A DNA stretch of 32,000 nucleotides from Candidatus Saccharimonadota bacterium. Lineage in GTDB: Bacteria; Pseudomonadota; Gammaproteobacteria; Enterobacterales; Enterobacteriaceae. The DNA lies in contig NZ_CP010048.1 of NCBI RefSeq assembly GCF_000973505.1, forward strand, positions 717,322 to 749,321. Direction: 5' to 3'. Made by a program: the position numbers and the translations under genes. This document shows, in pieces, positions 9,074 through 19,452 of the stretch (the first letter of the stretch is position 1; every line of letters begins with the position of its first letter). The notes under the pieces are model-generated. The model was not told where the DNA came from, made no database searches, and saw only the letters and a program-made list of their open reading frames with translations.

Positions 9074-9700
9074 ATGAAACAAGGTACTTTGTATATAATT
9101 TCAGCACCAAGTGGAACAGGAAAATCTACTCTAATAAAAAAAATTATTCAAAAAAAATCAACATTATACAATATTACACACTCAATTTCTTATACAACAC
9201 GAAATATACGACCTACAGAAACTAACGGCATACATTATCATTTTATAACAATAAAAAAATTTAAAAAAATGATATCCAAAAATATTTTTTACGAGTATGC
9301 AAAAATATTCGGCCATTATTATGGAACTTCCAAAAAAAAAATACACCCTATATTACAATTAGGAATTGATATCATACTTGATATCAATTGGCAAGGAGCA
9401 AAACAAATTAAAAAAAAAATACCAAACGTTATAAGCATATTCTTACTACCACCATCAATGCAAGAACTCAAAAAACGTTTATACAAACGAGCAGAAGATT
9501 CAGAGAACAACATTTCAAAACGAATCGAAACAGCAAAAAATGAAATACAACACTACAAAAAATACGACTATATAATCATTAACGATAATGAAAACACAGC
9601 ACTACTACACTTACAATCTATCATTATTTCCGAAAAATTACGTTACATACATCAAAAACCATGTTTAAAACAATGGCACGAAAATTTATTCAATAACTGA
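9074..9700 (+). CDS. gmk: Guanylate kinase
   Basis: 208-aa ORF with a P-loop (SAPSGTGKSTL), SISYTTR.R..E..G..Y.F and YGTS motifs. It is colinear with E. coli Gmk (207 aa). Confidence 0.95.
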   Translation: MKQGTLYIISAPSGTGKSTLIKKIIQKKSTLYNITHSISYTTRNIRPTETNGIHYHFITIKKFKKMISKNIFYEYAKIFGHYYGTSKKKIHPILQLGIDIILDINWQGAKQIKKKIPNVISIFLLPPSMQELKKRLYKRAEDSENNISKRIETAKNEIQHYKKYDYIIINDNENTALLHLQSIIISEKLRYIHQKPCLKQWHENLFNN

Positions 9701-10235
9701 AATTTAAAACTCTCAATATCTCAATTTTTAACTAAAAAATTACATTTTTAATACATAATAATTTTGAACAATGTAAAATATATCGCAAAATATTACATTC
9801 TAATGTCAAATATAAAAAATAATCACTAAAAAACCATCATAGTGCTAATCTAATTTACAAAACATGAAACATTTTTAATATAATAATAAACAGTATATAG
9901 TAAATTTTAAATGATATTTCTAAACACATAATACTAAAACTAAATAATATATATTGAAAAAAATAAAAAAATATAAAAAACATCCATTAAAACCCATATT
10001 ACACCAATATACAAAATAGAAAACAAAAAAGGAATTATATTACAATATCACATAATTTAAAATATATAATATACATCATGCATGTATATTGTATATAATC
10101 ACTACTCACTACCTAACAAACACGTACACATATAATAAAATCACTAAATAAAAATACAACTTGCCCAATTATAAAATATTACTATATTTTATTATTATCA
10201 TGACAAATTATAATCACATTTTTAAGGATCAACAA

Positions 10236-11651
10236 ATGACATCTAACATCAACGAAATTTTACATGCTATCAATGAACAAAAAATAAAATTTGTTGACTT
10301 ACGGTTCACAGATACAAAAGGAAAAGAACAACATATCACAATTCCATCTCAACAAGTGAACGACACTTTATTCCACAATGGAAAAATTTTTGACGGCTCA
10401 TCTCTTCATGGATGGAAAAATATCCATGAATCGGATATGATTTTAATGCCCGATAGTAACAATTTTATAATAGATCCATTTTACACAGAAAAAACTATAA
10501 TCCTACGATGTGATATCCTTGAACCTACAACAATGAAAAATTATAATCGAGACCCTCGATCAATAGCTAAACAAGCAGAAAAATTCCTAAAACACTCAAA
10601 AATAGCTGACGATGTATTTTTCGGCCCAGAACCTGAATTTTTTTTATTTGATAATATTTATTTTAAAACAGATATCTCTGGTGGAAAAGTATTTATTGAT
10701 GATATCGAAGCCACCTGGAATAACGATAAAATTTACCCCAATGGCAACAAAGGACACAGACCGAACATAAAACATGGTTATGCACCAGTACCTCCAGTAG
10801 ATTCCTCACATAACTTACGATCTACCATGTCTGTGATTATGGAAAAAATGGGATTAAACGTAGAAGCACACCATCACGAAGTAGCACACGTCGGACAAAA
10901 CGAAATAGCTACACAATACAATACATTAACAAAAAAAGCTGACGAAATACAAATATATAAATATGTCGTACATAATGTAGCACATAATTTTAATAAAACA
11001 GCAACATTTATGCCAAAACCCATTATAAATGATAATGGATCTGGTATGCATTGTCATATTTCACTACTAAAAAATAAAAATAATATATTCGCTGGAAATA
11101 AATATGCAAATTTATCCGAAACAGCATTATTTTATATTGGTGGAATTCTTAAACACGCTAAATCACTTAATGCAATAACAAATCCAACAACAAACTCATA
11201 CAAACGATTAATTCCAGGATATGAAGCACCAGTGTTATTAACTTATTCTGCATACAACCGATCTAGCGCAATTCGGATTCCAACAATTACTCACCCAAAA
11301 TCCACAAGAATTGAAGTTAGATTTCCTGATCCTGCTGCAAATCCATATCTAGCATTTTCAGCTTTATTAATGGCAGGATTAGATGGTATTATAAATAAAA
11401 TTACACCCGGAAAAGCTATGGATAAAAATTTATACTCTTTAACACAAGAAGAAATTAAAATAATCCCAAAAATGGCACACTCACTTGAAGAAGCACTATG
11501 CTCACTAAACAATGATTATCAATTTTTAACTCGAGGAAACGTATTCACTTACGATAGCATTCAAGCCTATATTAAATTGAAAAATGAAGAAAACATTCAA
11601 GTGTGCACAACCCCGCATCCCGTAGAATTTGAACTTTATTATAGTATATAA
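10236..11651 (+). CDS. glnA: Glutamine synthetase type I
   Basis: Matches E. coli GlnA throughout: [42 protein letters not shown]...[21 protein letters not shown] and [14 protein letters not shown]. The adenylylation-site Tyr context NLYSL is retained. I place the start at ATG 10236 (MTSNINE...), which has an AAGGA Shine-Dalgarno 6 nt upstream and gives 471 aa against 469 in E. coli. The ORF-track start at 10161 is a TTG that adds 25 non-homologous residues. Confidence 0.95.
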   Translation: MTSNINEILHAINEQKIKFVDLRFTDTKGKEQHITIPSQQVNDTLFHNGKIFDGSSLHGWKNIHESDMILMPDSNNFIIDPFYTEKTIILRCDILEPTTMKNYNRDPRSIAKQAEKFLKHSKIADDVFFGPEPEFFLFDNIYFKTDISGGKVFIDDIEATWNNDKIYPNGNKGHRPNIKHGYAPVPPVDSSHNLRSTMSVIMEKMGLNVEAHHHEVAHVGQNEIATQYNTLTKKADEIQIYKYVVHNVAHNFNKTATFMPKPIINDNGSGMHCHISLLKNKNNIFAGNKYANLSETALFYIGGILKHAKSLNAITNPTTNSYKRLIPGYEAPVLLTYSAYNRSSAIRIPTITHPKSTRIEVRFPDPAANPYLAFSALLMAGLDGIINKITPGKAMDKNLYSLTQEEIKIIPKMAHSLEEALCSLNNDYQFLTRGNVFTYDSIQAYIKLKNEENIQVCTTPHPVEFELYYSI

Positions 11652-11694
11652 AAAACAAAAAATAACACACCCTACATAATAATAAACAATAAAT

Positions 11695-11746
11695 GAGCTT
11701 ATTTTTAATTGTAAAATTAAATCCCAATAACAAAAAAAATAAGCTC
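11695..11746 (+). terminator. Hairpin downstream of glnA (12-bp perfect stem, 28-nt loop)
   Basis: gagcttattttt (11695-11706) and aaaaataagctc (11735-11746) are perfect reverse complements, located 44 nt after the glnA stop. The loop is large and no clean U-tract follows on the plus strand, so a terminator function is uncertain. Confidence 0.3.
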
Positions 11747-11952
11747 TATACACTTTATCATAACACTATTATATAAAATATATTTATATAATATAATATA
11801 TATAATATAATACAAATATACATTTATAAAGTAAAAATAATAAAAATATCATCAAATTAACAGAAAATAATCTATAAAAAACATGTTCAACATATAAAAT
11901 TTATAGATAAATAAATATTGTTATCTCATGTAAAAATAGTTTTTTACCTGTT

Positions 11953-12594
11953 ATGAAGAAATATACGAATCACATAATAAATTATCTATTAAGTGCTCCA
12001 AATATTAACCAGCTCCCAAATGATCACATAACTGAAATCGCCTTTATGGGACGATCTAATAGTGGAAAATCAAGCACAATCAACATACTAACTAATCAAA
12101 AATTAACAAAAACAAGCAAAAAACCTGGATGCACAAAATTAATTAACTTATTTGAAATACCAACATTAAAAATTAGATTTATAGATTTTCCTGGATATGG
12201 ATACGCTAAAACACAAAAAACAATAAAAACAACATGGGAAAACACTATTAATCAATACTTAAAAAAACGAAAAAACCTAATTGGTGTAATTCTTCTAATA
12301 GACATACGTCGATCCATTAACCAGACAGACAGAGCTATTGTACAACAAAACAACCAAAACAATACCCCTACACTTTTATTATTAAATAAATCAGATAAAA
12401 TCACAGATCATTCATCATCTATACAATTACAAGAAATCTCAAAAACAATCAATTCACAAAATACACAAATTTTAATATTTTCATCACGTACAGCAAAAGG
12501 AATAAATAAGTTACGATACATTATTAAAAATTGGTGCTGCAATAAAAAAAACAATAACTACAAAAAAAATTATAATAACAATGCTTGTTTATAA
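11953..12594 (+). CDS. engB: Ribosome biogenesis GTPase EngB/YihA
   Basis: 213-aa ORF with G1 (GRSNSGKSSTIN), G3 (DFPGYGYA) and G4 (LNKSDK) motifs. It is convergent with polA as in E. coli. The C-terminus has an N/K-rich tail. Confidence 0.9.
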   Translation: MKKYTNHIINYLLSAPNINQLPNDHITEIAFMGRSNSGKSSTINILTNQKLTKTSKKPGCTKLINLFEIPTLKIRFIDFPGYGYAKTQKTIKTTWENTINQYLKKRKNLIGVILLIDIRRSINQTDRAIVQQNNQNNTPTLLLLNKSDKITDHSSSIQLQEISKTINSQNTQILIFSSRTAKGINKLRYIIKNWCCNKKNNNYKKNYNNNACL

Positions 12595-12904
12595 TTTCTA
12601 TAATTACACTAAATATTTAATAAATTCAAAATACTATAAAAAATTTTCAAAAAAAAATAAAAAAAAGTAAACCATAAAAAATATACAATATATACAAATG
12701 TTATTTTGAAATACCGTTCCTACTATCATTACTATTCCACGATACATATTACAATTATTATTATATATTCAAAAAATGCATCTTAAAATACATAACAACA
12801 ATAATCATGATCTAATACTGCACAAATATAACATGATTTATAATTATAATCTCATATATATTGTACATACATATCAATAAAAACACTCCATGATTTAAAC
12901 TTTT

Positions 12905-13801
12905 TTACAACCATTTTCCTGTACTCAAATCACTTAACCAACGCTTAAATTCATATCGTTCAAAAAAAGACATTAAAACTTCAATATCTAAAGACTTTAT
13001 AGATAAATCATCACACGATGATATACCTAACAACACATCTTGTTTAATAGTAACTAACTCATACGATAAAAACGCCAAATCACGATATTTTTCTAATCTC
13101 AAAAATATTGACTTTGCGCCTCTTAATCCAACTAATAAAGGAATCATCTCCAAATTCTGATATATAACATCAATACCCCCAAAATGTTGTAACAAAAATT
13201 TAGTTGTCACTATTCCTATCCCAGGAACACCTGGAATATTATCAGAATGATCACCTAATAATGACAAATAATCAATCATCATACTTGGAGATACCCCAAA
13301 TTTTTTTCTAACTTCCTGACAAGTAAACAAGGTATCAACTCTGGTGTTCATCACAAAAACATTAGACGTTACCAACTGCATCATATCTTTATCACCACTA
13401 AATATATAAATATAACTATTCTGACAGTTATGAGAAAACAACACCGTTAAAGTGCCAATAACATCATCTGCTTCTACTCTGGGAACAACTATAACCGGAA
13501 AACCTATAGCTTGAATTATTTTATATACCACAGGAAGTTGTACAGATAGATCTAACGGCATAGATTTTCTATATAACTTATAATCCTGAAATAAATCATC
13601 CCGAAATGTACGACCAGGAGCATCAAAAACAATTATCATATACTTAGGCTTATACTTAATGAACACATTTCTTAATATACTAACAACACCATATATCACT
13701 CCCGTCGGTTCACCTGAACTATTAAATAAACTAGGAAATGCATAATACACACTATAAACATAATAAGAACCATCTACTAAAATCACTAAATCTTTTCCCA
13801 T
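12905..13801 (-). CDS. polA: DNA polymerase I, 5'-3' exonuclease domain only (Klenow portion absent)
   Basis: Aligns with residues about 1-320 of E. coli PolA: LILVDGS.Y.Y..YHAFP.L.NS.GEPTG..YGV, FDA.G.TFRD, VEADDVIGTL, GDKDM.QLV, GD.SDNIPGVPG.G and YEFKRW......GKWL. The stop codon comes exactly where the linker to the 3'-5' exonuclease/polymerase domains begins. I prefer ATG 13801; an in-frame GTG at 13819 is the ORF-track start. The dsbA-polA-engB synteny argues for polA rather than xni. Confidence 0.88.
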   Translation of the reverse strand: MGKDLVILVDGSYYVYSVYYAFPSLFNSSGEPTGVIYGVVSILRNVFIKYKPKYMIIVFDAPGRTFRDDLFQDYKLYRKSMPLDLSVQLPVVYKIIQAIGFPVIVVPRVEADDVIGTLTVLFSHNCQNSYIYIFSGDKDMMQLVTSNVFVMNTRVDTLFTCQEVRKKFGVSPSMMIDYLSLLGDHSDNIPGVPGIGIVTTKFLLQHFGGIDVIYQNLEMIPLLVGLRGAKSIFLRLEKYRDLAFLSYELVTIKQDVLLGISSCDDLSIKSLDIEVLMSFFERYEFKRWLSDLSTGKWL

Positions 13802-14112
13802 AATGACACAGATACTCACTAAAATTTAATTCTTACAATATCATTCAAAATAAACAAAACACTTTTAAACCTTAAACAAAAAATTAATCATATATATATC
13901 CACAATACAAACCATAGTATATTCCCCATATAAAGACAAATTACTTATCTAAAAAAACCATTAAAAAAATTATTTACATAAAAAATTACAACAATAATTA
14001 AATATCATGCAACAATAACTGCAATTTAATAATTATATATACATGTTCTACAAAAATTATTACAAAACAACAAAAATACTATCTAATATATATACCAACA
14101 TCATTGACAACA

Positions 14113-14751
14113 TCAACTTATTATCTTAAAAATTAACACACGTATTACCTCAGAACATTCTCTAATATAAGCATCCATGGACGACGTATCTAATCCATCA
14201 CTTCTAATCATATACTTCCCATTCACAAAAATCGCAGGCACTCCATGTAACTGAAAATTAGATACCGCTTGCCGTTGCTTAAGAACTAATGATTTAACCT
14301 GCACACTATTCCATAACACATCATACTCTTCATCAGTAACACCAAACTTAATAAATAATAAACGAATATCCCGTATAGTATGAATAGCCTGCTTATGTAA
14401 TTCAGAAAACATTGCAGCACTCATTTTATCTTCTATACCTAAAACCACTGCAACTGCCCACGCCTGAGTAAACTCTTTTCCTAATTCACCCAAAAAATCA
14501 ACATGATACTTCACAATATTAATACCTTTCGGCAACGTTTTATTTATATTTTTTGAAATATGATATACTTCTTCAAACTGATAACAATGAGGACAATAAA
14601 AAGAAAAAAACTCTAATAACTGAGGAACATTGTGCACTGATTTTTCCAAAGAAATATATTGCTGCCCTTCATAAAACTCGGTCCCAAAAACATGAGTTAA
14701 AAACATAATACTGACCATCATAATAAATAAAGATTTCACAAAACACCACAC
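14113..14751 (-). CDS. dsbA: Periplasmic thiol:disulfide oxidoreductase DsbA
   Basis: 212-aa ORF with the active site FFSFYCPHCYQFE (CPHC). TQAWAVA and GVPA.FVNGKY match E. coli DsbA. The GTG start at 14751 gives a plausible signal peptide (MWCFVKSLFIMMVSIMFLTHVFG); internal ATGs at 14721 and 14718 are alternatives. The gene starts only 16 nt after the ubiD stop. Confidence 0.9.
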   Translation of the reverse strand: MWCFVKSLFIMMVSIMFLTHVFGTEFYEGQQYISLEKSVHNVPQLLEFFSFYCPHCYQFEEVYHISKNINKTLPKGINIVKYHVDFLGELGKEFTQAWAVAVVLGIEDKMSAAMFSELHKQAIHTIRDIRLLFIKFGVTDEEYDVLWNSVQVKSLVLKQRQAVSNFQLHGVPAIFVNGKYMIRSDGLDTSSMDAYIRECSEVIRVLIFKIIS

Positions 14752-14767
14752 TTAAAAAACAATATAA

Positions 14768-16246
14768 CTATTTGTTCATAATATCTAACATCTCCCAAAT
14801 AGTATCAATATAAATCTTAGTTTTATCATCCATCTTAACAGGAACCCCCCAATCCCTAGTTGTTTCACCCATCCATTTATTCGTCGCATCTATACCCATT
14901 TTAGAACCCAAACCAGAAATTTGAGTAGAAAAATCTAAAGAATCCACCGGGGTATTCTCAATAATAATAACATCACGCACCGGATCCACACGAGTAGTTA
15001 TCGCCCATATTACATCTTTCCAATTACGTGCATCAATATCATTATCACATATAATAATATATTTAATATACATGAATTGCCGCAAAAAAGACCAAACACC
15101 AAAAAGAATCTGCCGAGCATGACCAAGATATTTTTTATTCATGACAACTATAGCTAATCTGTATGAACAAGCTTCAGGAGGTAAATAAAAATCTACAATT
15201 TCTGGAAACTGCTTTTGTAAAATGGGAATAAAAATTTCATTCATAACCATAGCAAGTATAGCTGGTTCATCTGGAGGCCTGCCTGTATAAGTCGAATGAT
15301 AAATAGCATCCATTCTTTTTGTAACATGCGTAATAGTAAATATTGGAAAAGAATCTACAGAATTATAATATCCTGTATGATCACCAAAAGGACCTTCCAT
15401 AGCCATTTTGTCCCGTTCAAGATATCCCTCTAAAACAATTTCAGCATGTGCTGGAACTTCTAAATCACAGGAAACACATTTAACTACCTCAGTTTTACAT
15501 CCACGAAATAAACCTGATAATGCATATTCTGATATCGTATCCGGCACTGGTACAACAGCACTGAGCAATGTAGCAGGATCCGCACCTAAAACTACACTAA
15601 CCGGAAATTTATTATTTCCTAAACTCGATCTACACCATTCTTGAAAATCTAATGCGCCGCCACGATGCGATAACCATCTAATAATAGTTTTATTTTTATC
15701 AATAACTTGCTGACGATAAATACCAAGATTTTGTCTTTTTTTCTTAGGACCTCGAGTTACCACTAATCCCCATGTAATTAATGGGGAAATATCACCAGGC
15801 CAACAATGCATAATCGGGAATTTTGTTAAATCCACTTCTTTATCAAAAAAAACTTGTTCTTGACACGAGCCTATATTTAACCTTTTGGTAGGCATATGGA
15901 AAATATGTCGAAATTGCGGTATCTTATTATATAAAAAATCACGAAAACCATGAGGAGGATCAGGCGCACGCAAAAAGGCCAATAATTTCCCTATATCGCG
16001 CAACGAAGCCATATCATTTGTACCCATACCAAGCAACACTCTATTGGAAGTACCAAACAAATTACATAAAACAGGCATAGAATAACCAGTCGGTTTCATA
16101 AACAATAAAGCTGGCCCGCTTATTCGTAAAGTACGATCAGAAATTTCCGTCATTTCTAAATAAGGACTAATAGAAATAGTAACTTTTTTTAAATCATTAC
16201 CTGCTTCCAAAATAGCAAGAAAATCACGCAAACTACGATATTTCAT
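14768..16246 (-). CDS. ubiD: 3-octaprenyl-4-hydroxybenzoate decarboxylase
   Basis: 492-aa [50 protein letters not shown] and [10 protein letters not shown] are colinear with E. coli UbiD (497 aa). Confidence 0.95.
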   Translation of the reverse strand: MKYRSLRDFLAILEAGNDLKKVTISISPYLEMTEISDRTLRISGPALLFMKPTGYSMPVLCNLFGTSNRVLLGMGTNDMASLRDIGKLLAFLRAPDPPHGFRDFLYNKIPQFRHIFHMPTKRLNIGSCQEQVFFDKEVDLTKFPIMHCWPGDISPLITWGLVVTRGPKKKRQNLGIYRQQVIDKNKTIIRWLSHRGGALDFQEWCRSSLGNNKFPVSVVLGADPATLLSAVVPVPDTISEYALSGLFRGCKTEVVKCVSCDLEVPAHAEIVLEGYLERDKMAMEGPFGDHTGYYNSVDSFPIFTITHVTKRMDAIYHSTYTGRPPDEPAILAMVMNEIFIPILQKQFPEIVDFYLPPEACSYRLAIVVMNKKYLGHARQILFGVWSFLRQFMYIKYIIICDNDIDARNWKDVIWAITTRVDPVRDVIIIENTPVDSLDFSTQISGLGSKMGIDATNKWMGETTRDWGVPVKMDDKTKIYIDTIWEMLDIMNK

Positions 16247-16462
16247 AAATTTAATCAGTTCTGTAATATCAAACTCATAAAATCAAATAGCAAACCATTG
16301 AAATAATGGCAACCAGAATTAATATACTTAAATACTATATAACAAACATTAAACATTAATATTTATACCATAAAAATAAACACAAAAAATAACAAAAATA
16401 TCTTTAACAAAGTAACATATAGAATATGCATTCTGTGATATCAAACATATAAATAAAATATA

Positions 16463-18100
16463 TTATATAGTTTGATTCCAACCAATGATCCAAGTTATTA
16501 TTCCTATTAATACTAAAAAAAATGAAAACAACATCATGCTTTCATCTTTAATAAACAACAAAATACCAATAAAAACAAAAATAGCACCAATTCCAAATAA
16601 AAATCGTGCATGCCCTTGTTTAACACGATTTAAATTAATATGCAATATCAAATTATGTATTGTCTGATTTAAAAATCGACCTTGCTTACAAACATCATAC
16701 GTTAAATCTACTAATTCTGGTAACTTACTAAAATAAACAGGCGACTTTTCCCGCAAACACCGAAAAACCATTAAACAACTAATTTGATCTTTAACCCATT
16801 TTTCTATAAACGGACGAACAGTCTTCCAAAAATCTAACTTGGGATACAAATATCTTACCATGCCTTCCACATAAAATAATGCTTTCTGTAATAACATTAA
16901 CTGCGGCTGTGCATCCATATTAAATCGTCTAGCAGTACTAAACAAACTTAACAAAACCTGACTACATGAAATATCCTCCAACGGTTTTTCAAAAATTGGT
17001 TCAAATACCATACGAATAGCAAATTCAAAATCTTCAATATTTGTATTCAACGGTATCCAACCAGAATCAAGATGTAACTCAGCTATTTTTCGATAATCAC
17101 GATTAAGAAAAGCAATAAAATTTTCTGCTAAATAATACTTATCTTTTTTATTTAATGACCCCACAAGACCACAATCAATGCCAATATACTGCGGATCATC
17201 AGGATGTTCATAACTTACAAAAACATTACCAGGATGCATATCAGCATGAAAAAAACTATCTCGAAACACCTGAGTAAGAAAAATATCAACTCCACGCTCC
17301 GCTAATAATTTCATATTTACACCCTGCTTCTCTAAAGAGTGTAAATCACTTACAGGTATTCCATAAACACGCTCCATAACAAGCACTTCTTTACTACAAT
17401 AATCCGTATACACTTTAGGAATATATAAAATAGCACTTTCATGAAAATTACGACGCAACTGGATGGTATTAACACTTTCACGCAATAAATCAAGCTCACA
17501 CATAAGAGTTTTTTTATATTCTGAAATAATTTCTATAAATTGTAGCTTCCTTCTACCTAATAAAAATTTTGGAAGTATAACAATTAACCTATACATTAAT
17601 TGAATATCTAACTGAATAACTGACAAAATATTAGGACGAATTACCTTAATAATCACCTCTTTATTATTTTTCCTCAATCTAGCAGTATGCACCTGAGAAA
17701 TAGATGCTGAAGCCAATGGATTTTGCTCAAAATCATAAAAATATACATCTAATGAATGACCTATAGCACGTTCAATATGTTGCTTAGCAAGCAAACCATC
17801 AAAAGGTTCTACACGATCTTGCAGAATTTTTAATTGATCAACAATAGAATCACTACATATATCACGACGAGTAGAAAGCATTTGACCAAATTTTATCCAA
17901 ATCGGCCCAAGCTCTTGAAGAGCTAAACGTAATCTCTCTTCCAATATTAATTGAGGATGCTTATTCAATATCTGAAATATTACACGAACAAACAATCTTA
18001 TAGGAAAAAAAAACTTATTTTCCGGAATAAACTCCACTAACCCATAATTTAATATAACACGAATAATATAATACAAACGATAACATTCACTAAAAATCAT
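16463..18100 (-). CDS. ubiB: Ubiquinone biosynthesis regulatory kinase-like protein UbiB
   Basis: ERLRLALQELGPIWIKFGQMLSTRRD, ASASISQVHTARL, FFHADMHPGNVFVS and IGIDCG.VGSLN match E. coli UbiB, and the C-terminal transmembrane segments are retained. I place the start at ATG 18100, where a GGAGG Shine-Dalgarno lies 8 nt upstream. This gives 545 aa against 546 in E. coli. The ORF-track start at 18220 adds 40 non-homologous residues. Confidence 0.93.
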   Translation of the reverse strand: MIFSECYRLYYIIRVILNYGLVEFIPENKFFFPIRLFVRVIFQILNKHPQLILEERLRLALQELGPIWIKFGQMLSTRRDICSDSIVDQLKILQDRVEPFDGLLAKQHIERAIGHSLDVYFYDFEQNPLASASISQVHTARLRKNNKEVIIKVIRPNILSVIQLDIQLMYRLIVILPKFLLGRRKLQFIEIISEYKKTLMCELDLLRESVNTIQLRRNFHESAILYIPKVYTDYCSKEVLVMERVYGIPVSDLHSLEKQGVNMKLLAERGVDIFLTQVFRDSFFHADMHPGNVFVSYEHPDDPQYIGIDCGLVGSLNKKDKYYLAENFIAFLNRDYRKIAELHLDSGWIPLNTNIEDFEFAIRMVFEPIFEKPLEDISCSQVLLSLFSTARRFNMDAQPQLMLLQKALFYVEGMVRYLYPKLDFWKTVRPFIEKWVKDQISCLMVFRCLREKSPVYFSKLPELVDLTYDVCKQGRFLNQTIHNLILHINLNRVKQGHARFLFGIGAIFVFIGILLFIKDESMMLFSFFLVLIGIITWIIGWNQTI

Positions 18101-18518
18101 TGGATTAACCTCCAATTCTTTTGATATTGCAATAAATAATAATTCGTATGTTTCTTTATTCCTATCGCTTTTTTGAATTAAAAAAACAACAATATTCAAT
18201 AAAAACAATAAAATCCACACTTATATTTTTTATATCTGTTTATAAAAAATATACAATTTAATTACACAGAAGTAATAATATGACGAATAAATAAAACAAT
18301 CAAATCACCTGATACTATTACAATACTAGAAAATATATCATTTGCAAAATGCCAAACGTACTCATAAATTAATAAATTGAATAATCATATTATTAAAACA
18401 TTTACACATAAATCTCAACATATTCATATTTTAATATTAATACTTAATAACGTATAATACCACTAAAGACTACCATGCTATTTAACTAATAAAATATTCT
18501 ATTATAATTACCACAATC

Positions 18519-19265
18519 TTATTTATAACCACGATGCAATACTGTAATCCCAAAAAACATATTAAAATATTCAACATTCTTAAAACCTGCTTCAGAAATC
18601 ATATTTAATAAATGTTTTTGATCAGGATGCATCCGAATAGATTCAACAAGATATCGATAACTATCAAAATCACGAACAATTAACTGACCAAGATAAGGTA
18701 TAACACAAAAAGAATAAAAATCATAAATCTCATCTACAAAATTACATACAGGTTGAGAAAAATCCAATACTAATAGTCTACCACCAGGTTTAAGAACTCT
18801 ATACATAGAAGATAAAGATAACTCCTTCTCTGCTAAATTACGCAAACCAAAAGAAATAGACACACAATCAAAAACGTTATCTAAAAAAGGTAAATATTCT
18901 GCATCAGCTTGTACATAATAAACATTATCAACAATTCCAAGATCCCGTAATTTCTTACGAGCAATCGTTATCATAGAATCATTAAAATCTAATAAAACAA
19001 CTATACCATCCTTACCAACTAAACGGGAAAATTTAATAGTTAAATCCCCAGTGCCACCCGCAACATCTAATACTTTATAACCAGATCGCACTCCACTATA
19101 TTTCACCAAAAAATTTTTCCACAACCTATGAATGCCAAATGACATGACATCATTCATGATGTCATACCTTTTTGATACAATATGAAATAGATTATTTACT
19201 AAATGTTTTTTTTCATCATTGTATACTTCACGAAATCCAAAATAACCTTTTTTCCGTTTTTTCAT
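18519..19265 (-). CDS. ubiE: Ubiquinone/menaquinone C-methyltransferase
   Basis: [15 protein letters not shown], the SAM motif [30 protein letters not shown](D/E)FS and [13 protein letters not shown] match E. coli UbiE (251 aa). I place the start at ATG 19265 ([11 protein letters not shown]...); the track start at 19316 adds 17 Cys/Phe-rich residues with no homology. Confidence 0.93.
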   Translation of the reverse strand: MKKRKKGYFGFREVYNDEKKHLVNNLFHIVSKRYDIMNDVMSFGIHRLWKNFLVKYSGVRSGYKVLDVAGGTGDLTIKFSRLVGKDGIVVLLDFNDSMITIARKKLRDLGIVDNVYYVQADAEYLPFLDNVFDCVSISFGLRNLAEKELSLSSMYRVLKPGGRLLVLDFSQPVCNFVDEIYDFYSFCVIPYLGQLIVRDFDSYRYLVESIRMHPDQKHLLNMISEAGFKNVEYFNMFFGITVLHRGYK

Positions 19266-19452
19266 ACTAAAAAAATAACAAGCAATGGAATCTAAATTAC
19301 AACAAAATATATACAATAATCAAAAACTCAAAACCACACAACATATCAATAATATACACCAATAAATATAAATCCAATACCCAACAGCAACCTATCCTAT
19401 CCATACCCAAGTACTAACTGTATATATATTATCTATATATACTATTACTAAT

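Noticed and set aside
10069-10089. 8-bp stem hairpin (atatacat-catgc-atgtatat) about 150 bp upstream of glnA, and a search for NtrC or sigma-54 elements
   Set aside because: I found no TGGCAC-N5-TTGCA element or NtrC-like TGCACC palindrome. A short AT-only stem is not distinguishable from chance in this composition.
9319-11753. Minus-strand ORFs 9319-9513, 11291-11512 and 11526-11753
   Set aside because: These are antisense shadows of gmk and glnA. The last runs from the glnA 3' end into the downstream hairpin. They have no homology or translation signals.
13896-13904. DnaA-box-like ATATCCACA (8 of 9 match to TTATCCACA) about 95 bp upstream of polA
   Set aside because: It is a single site, and roughly one such match per strand is expected by chance in 32 kb of this composition. 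There is no cluster, no adjacent AT-rich 13-mers and no skew inversion, so it is not an origin. A role in polA regulation cannot be supported from one imperfect box.
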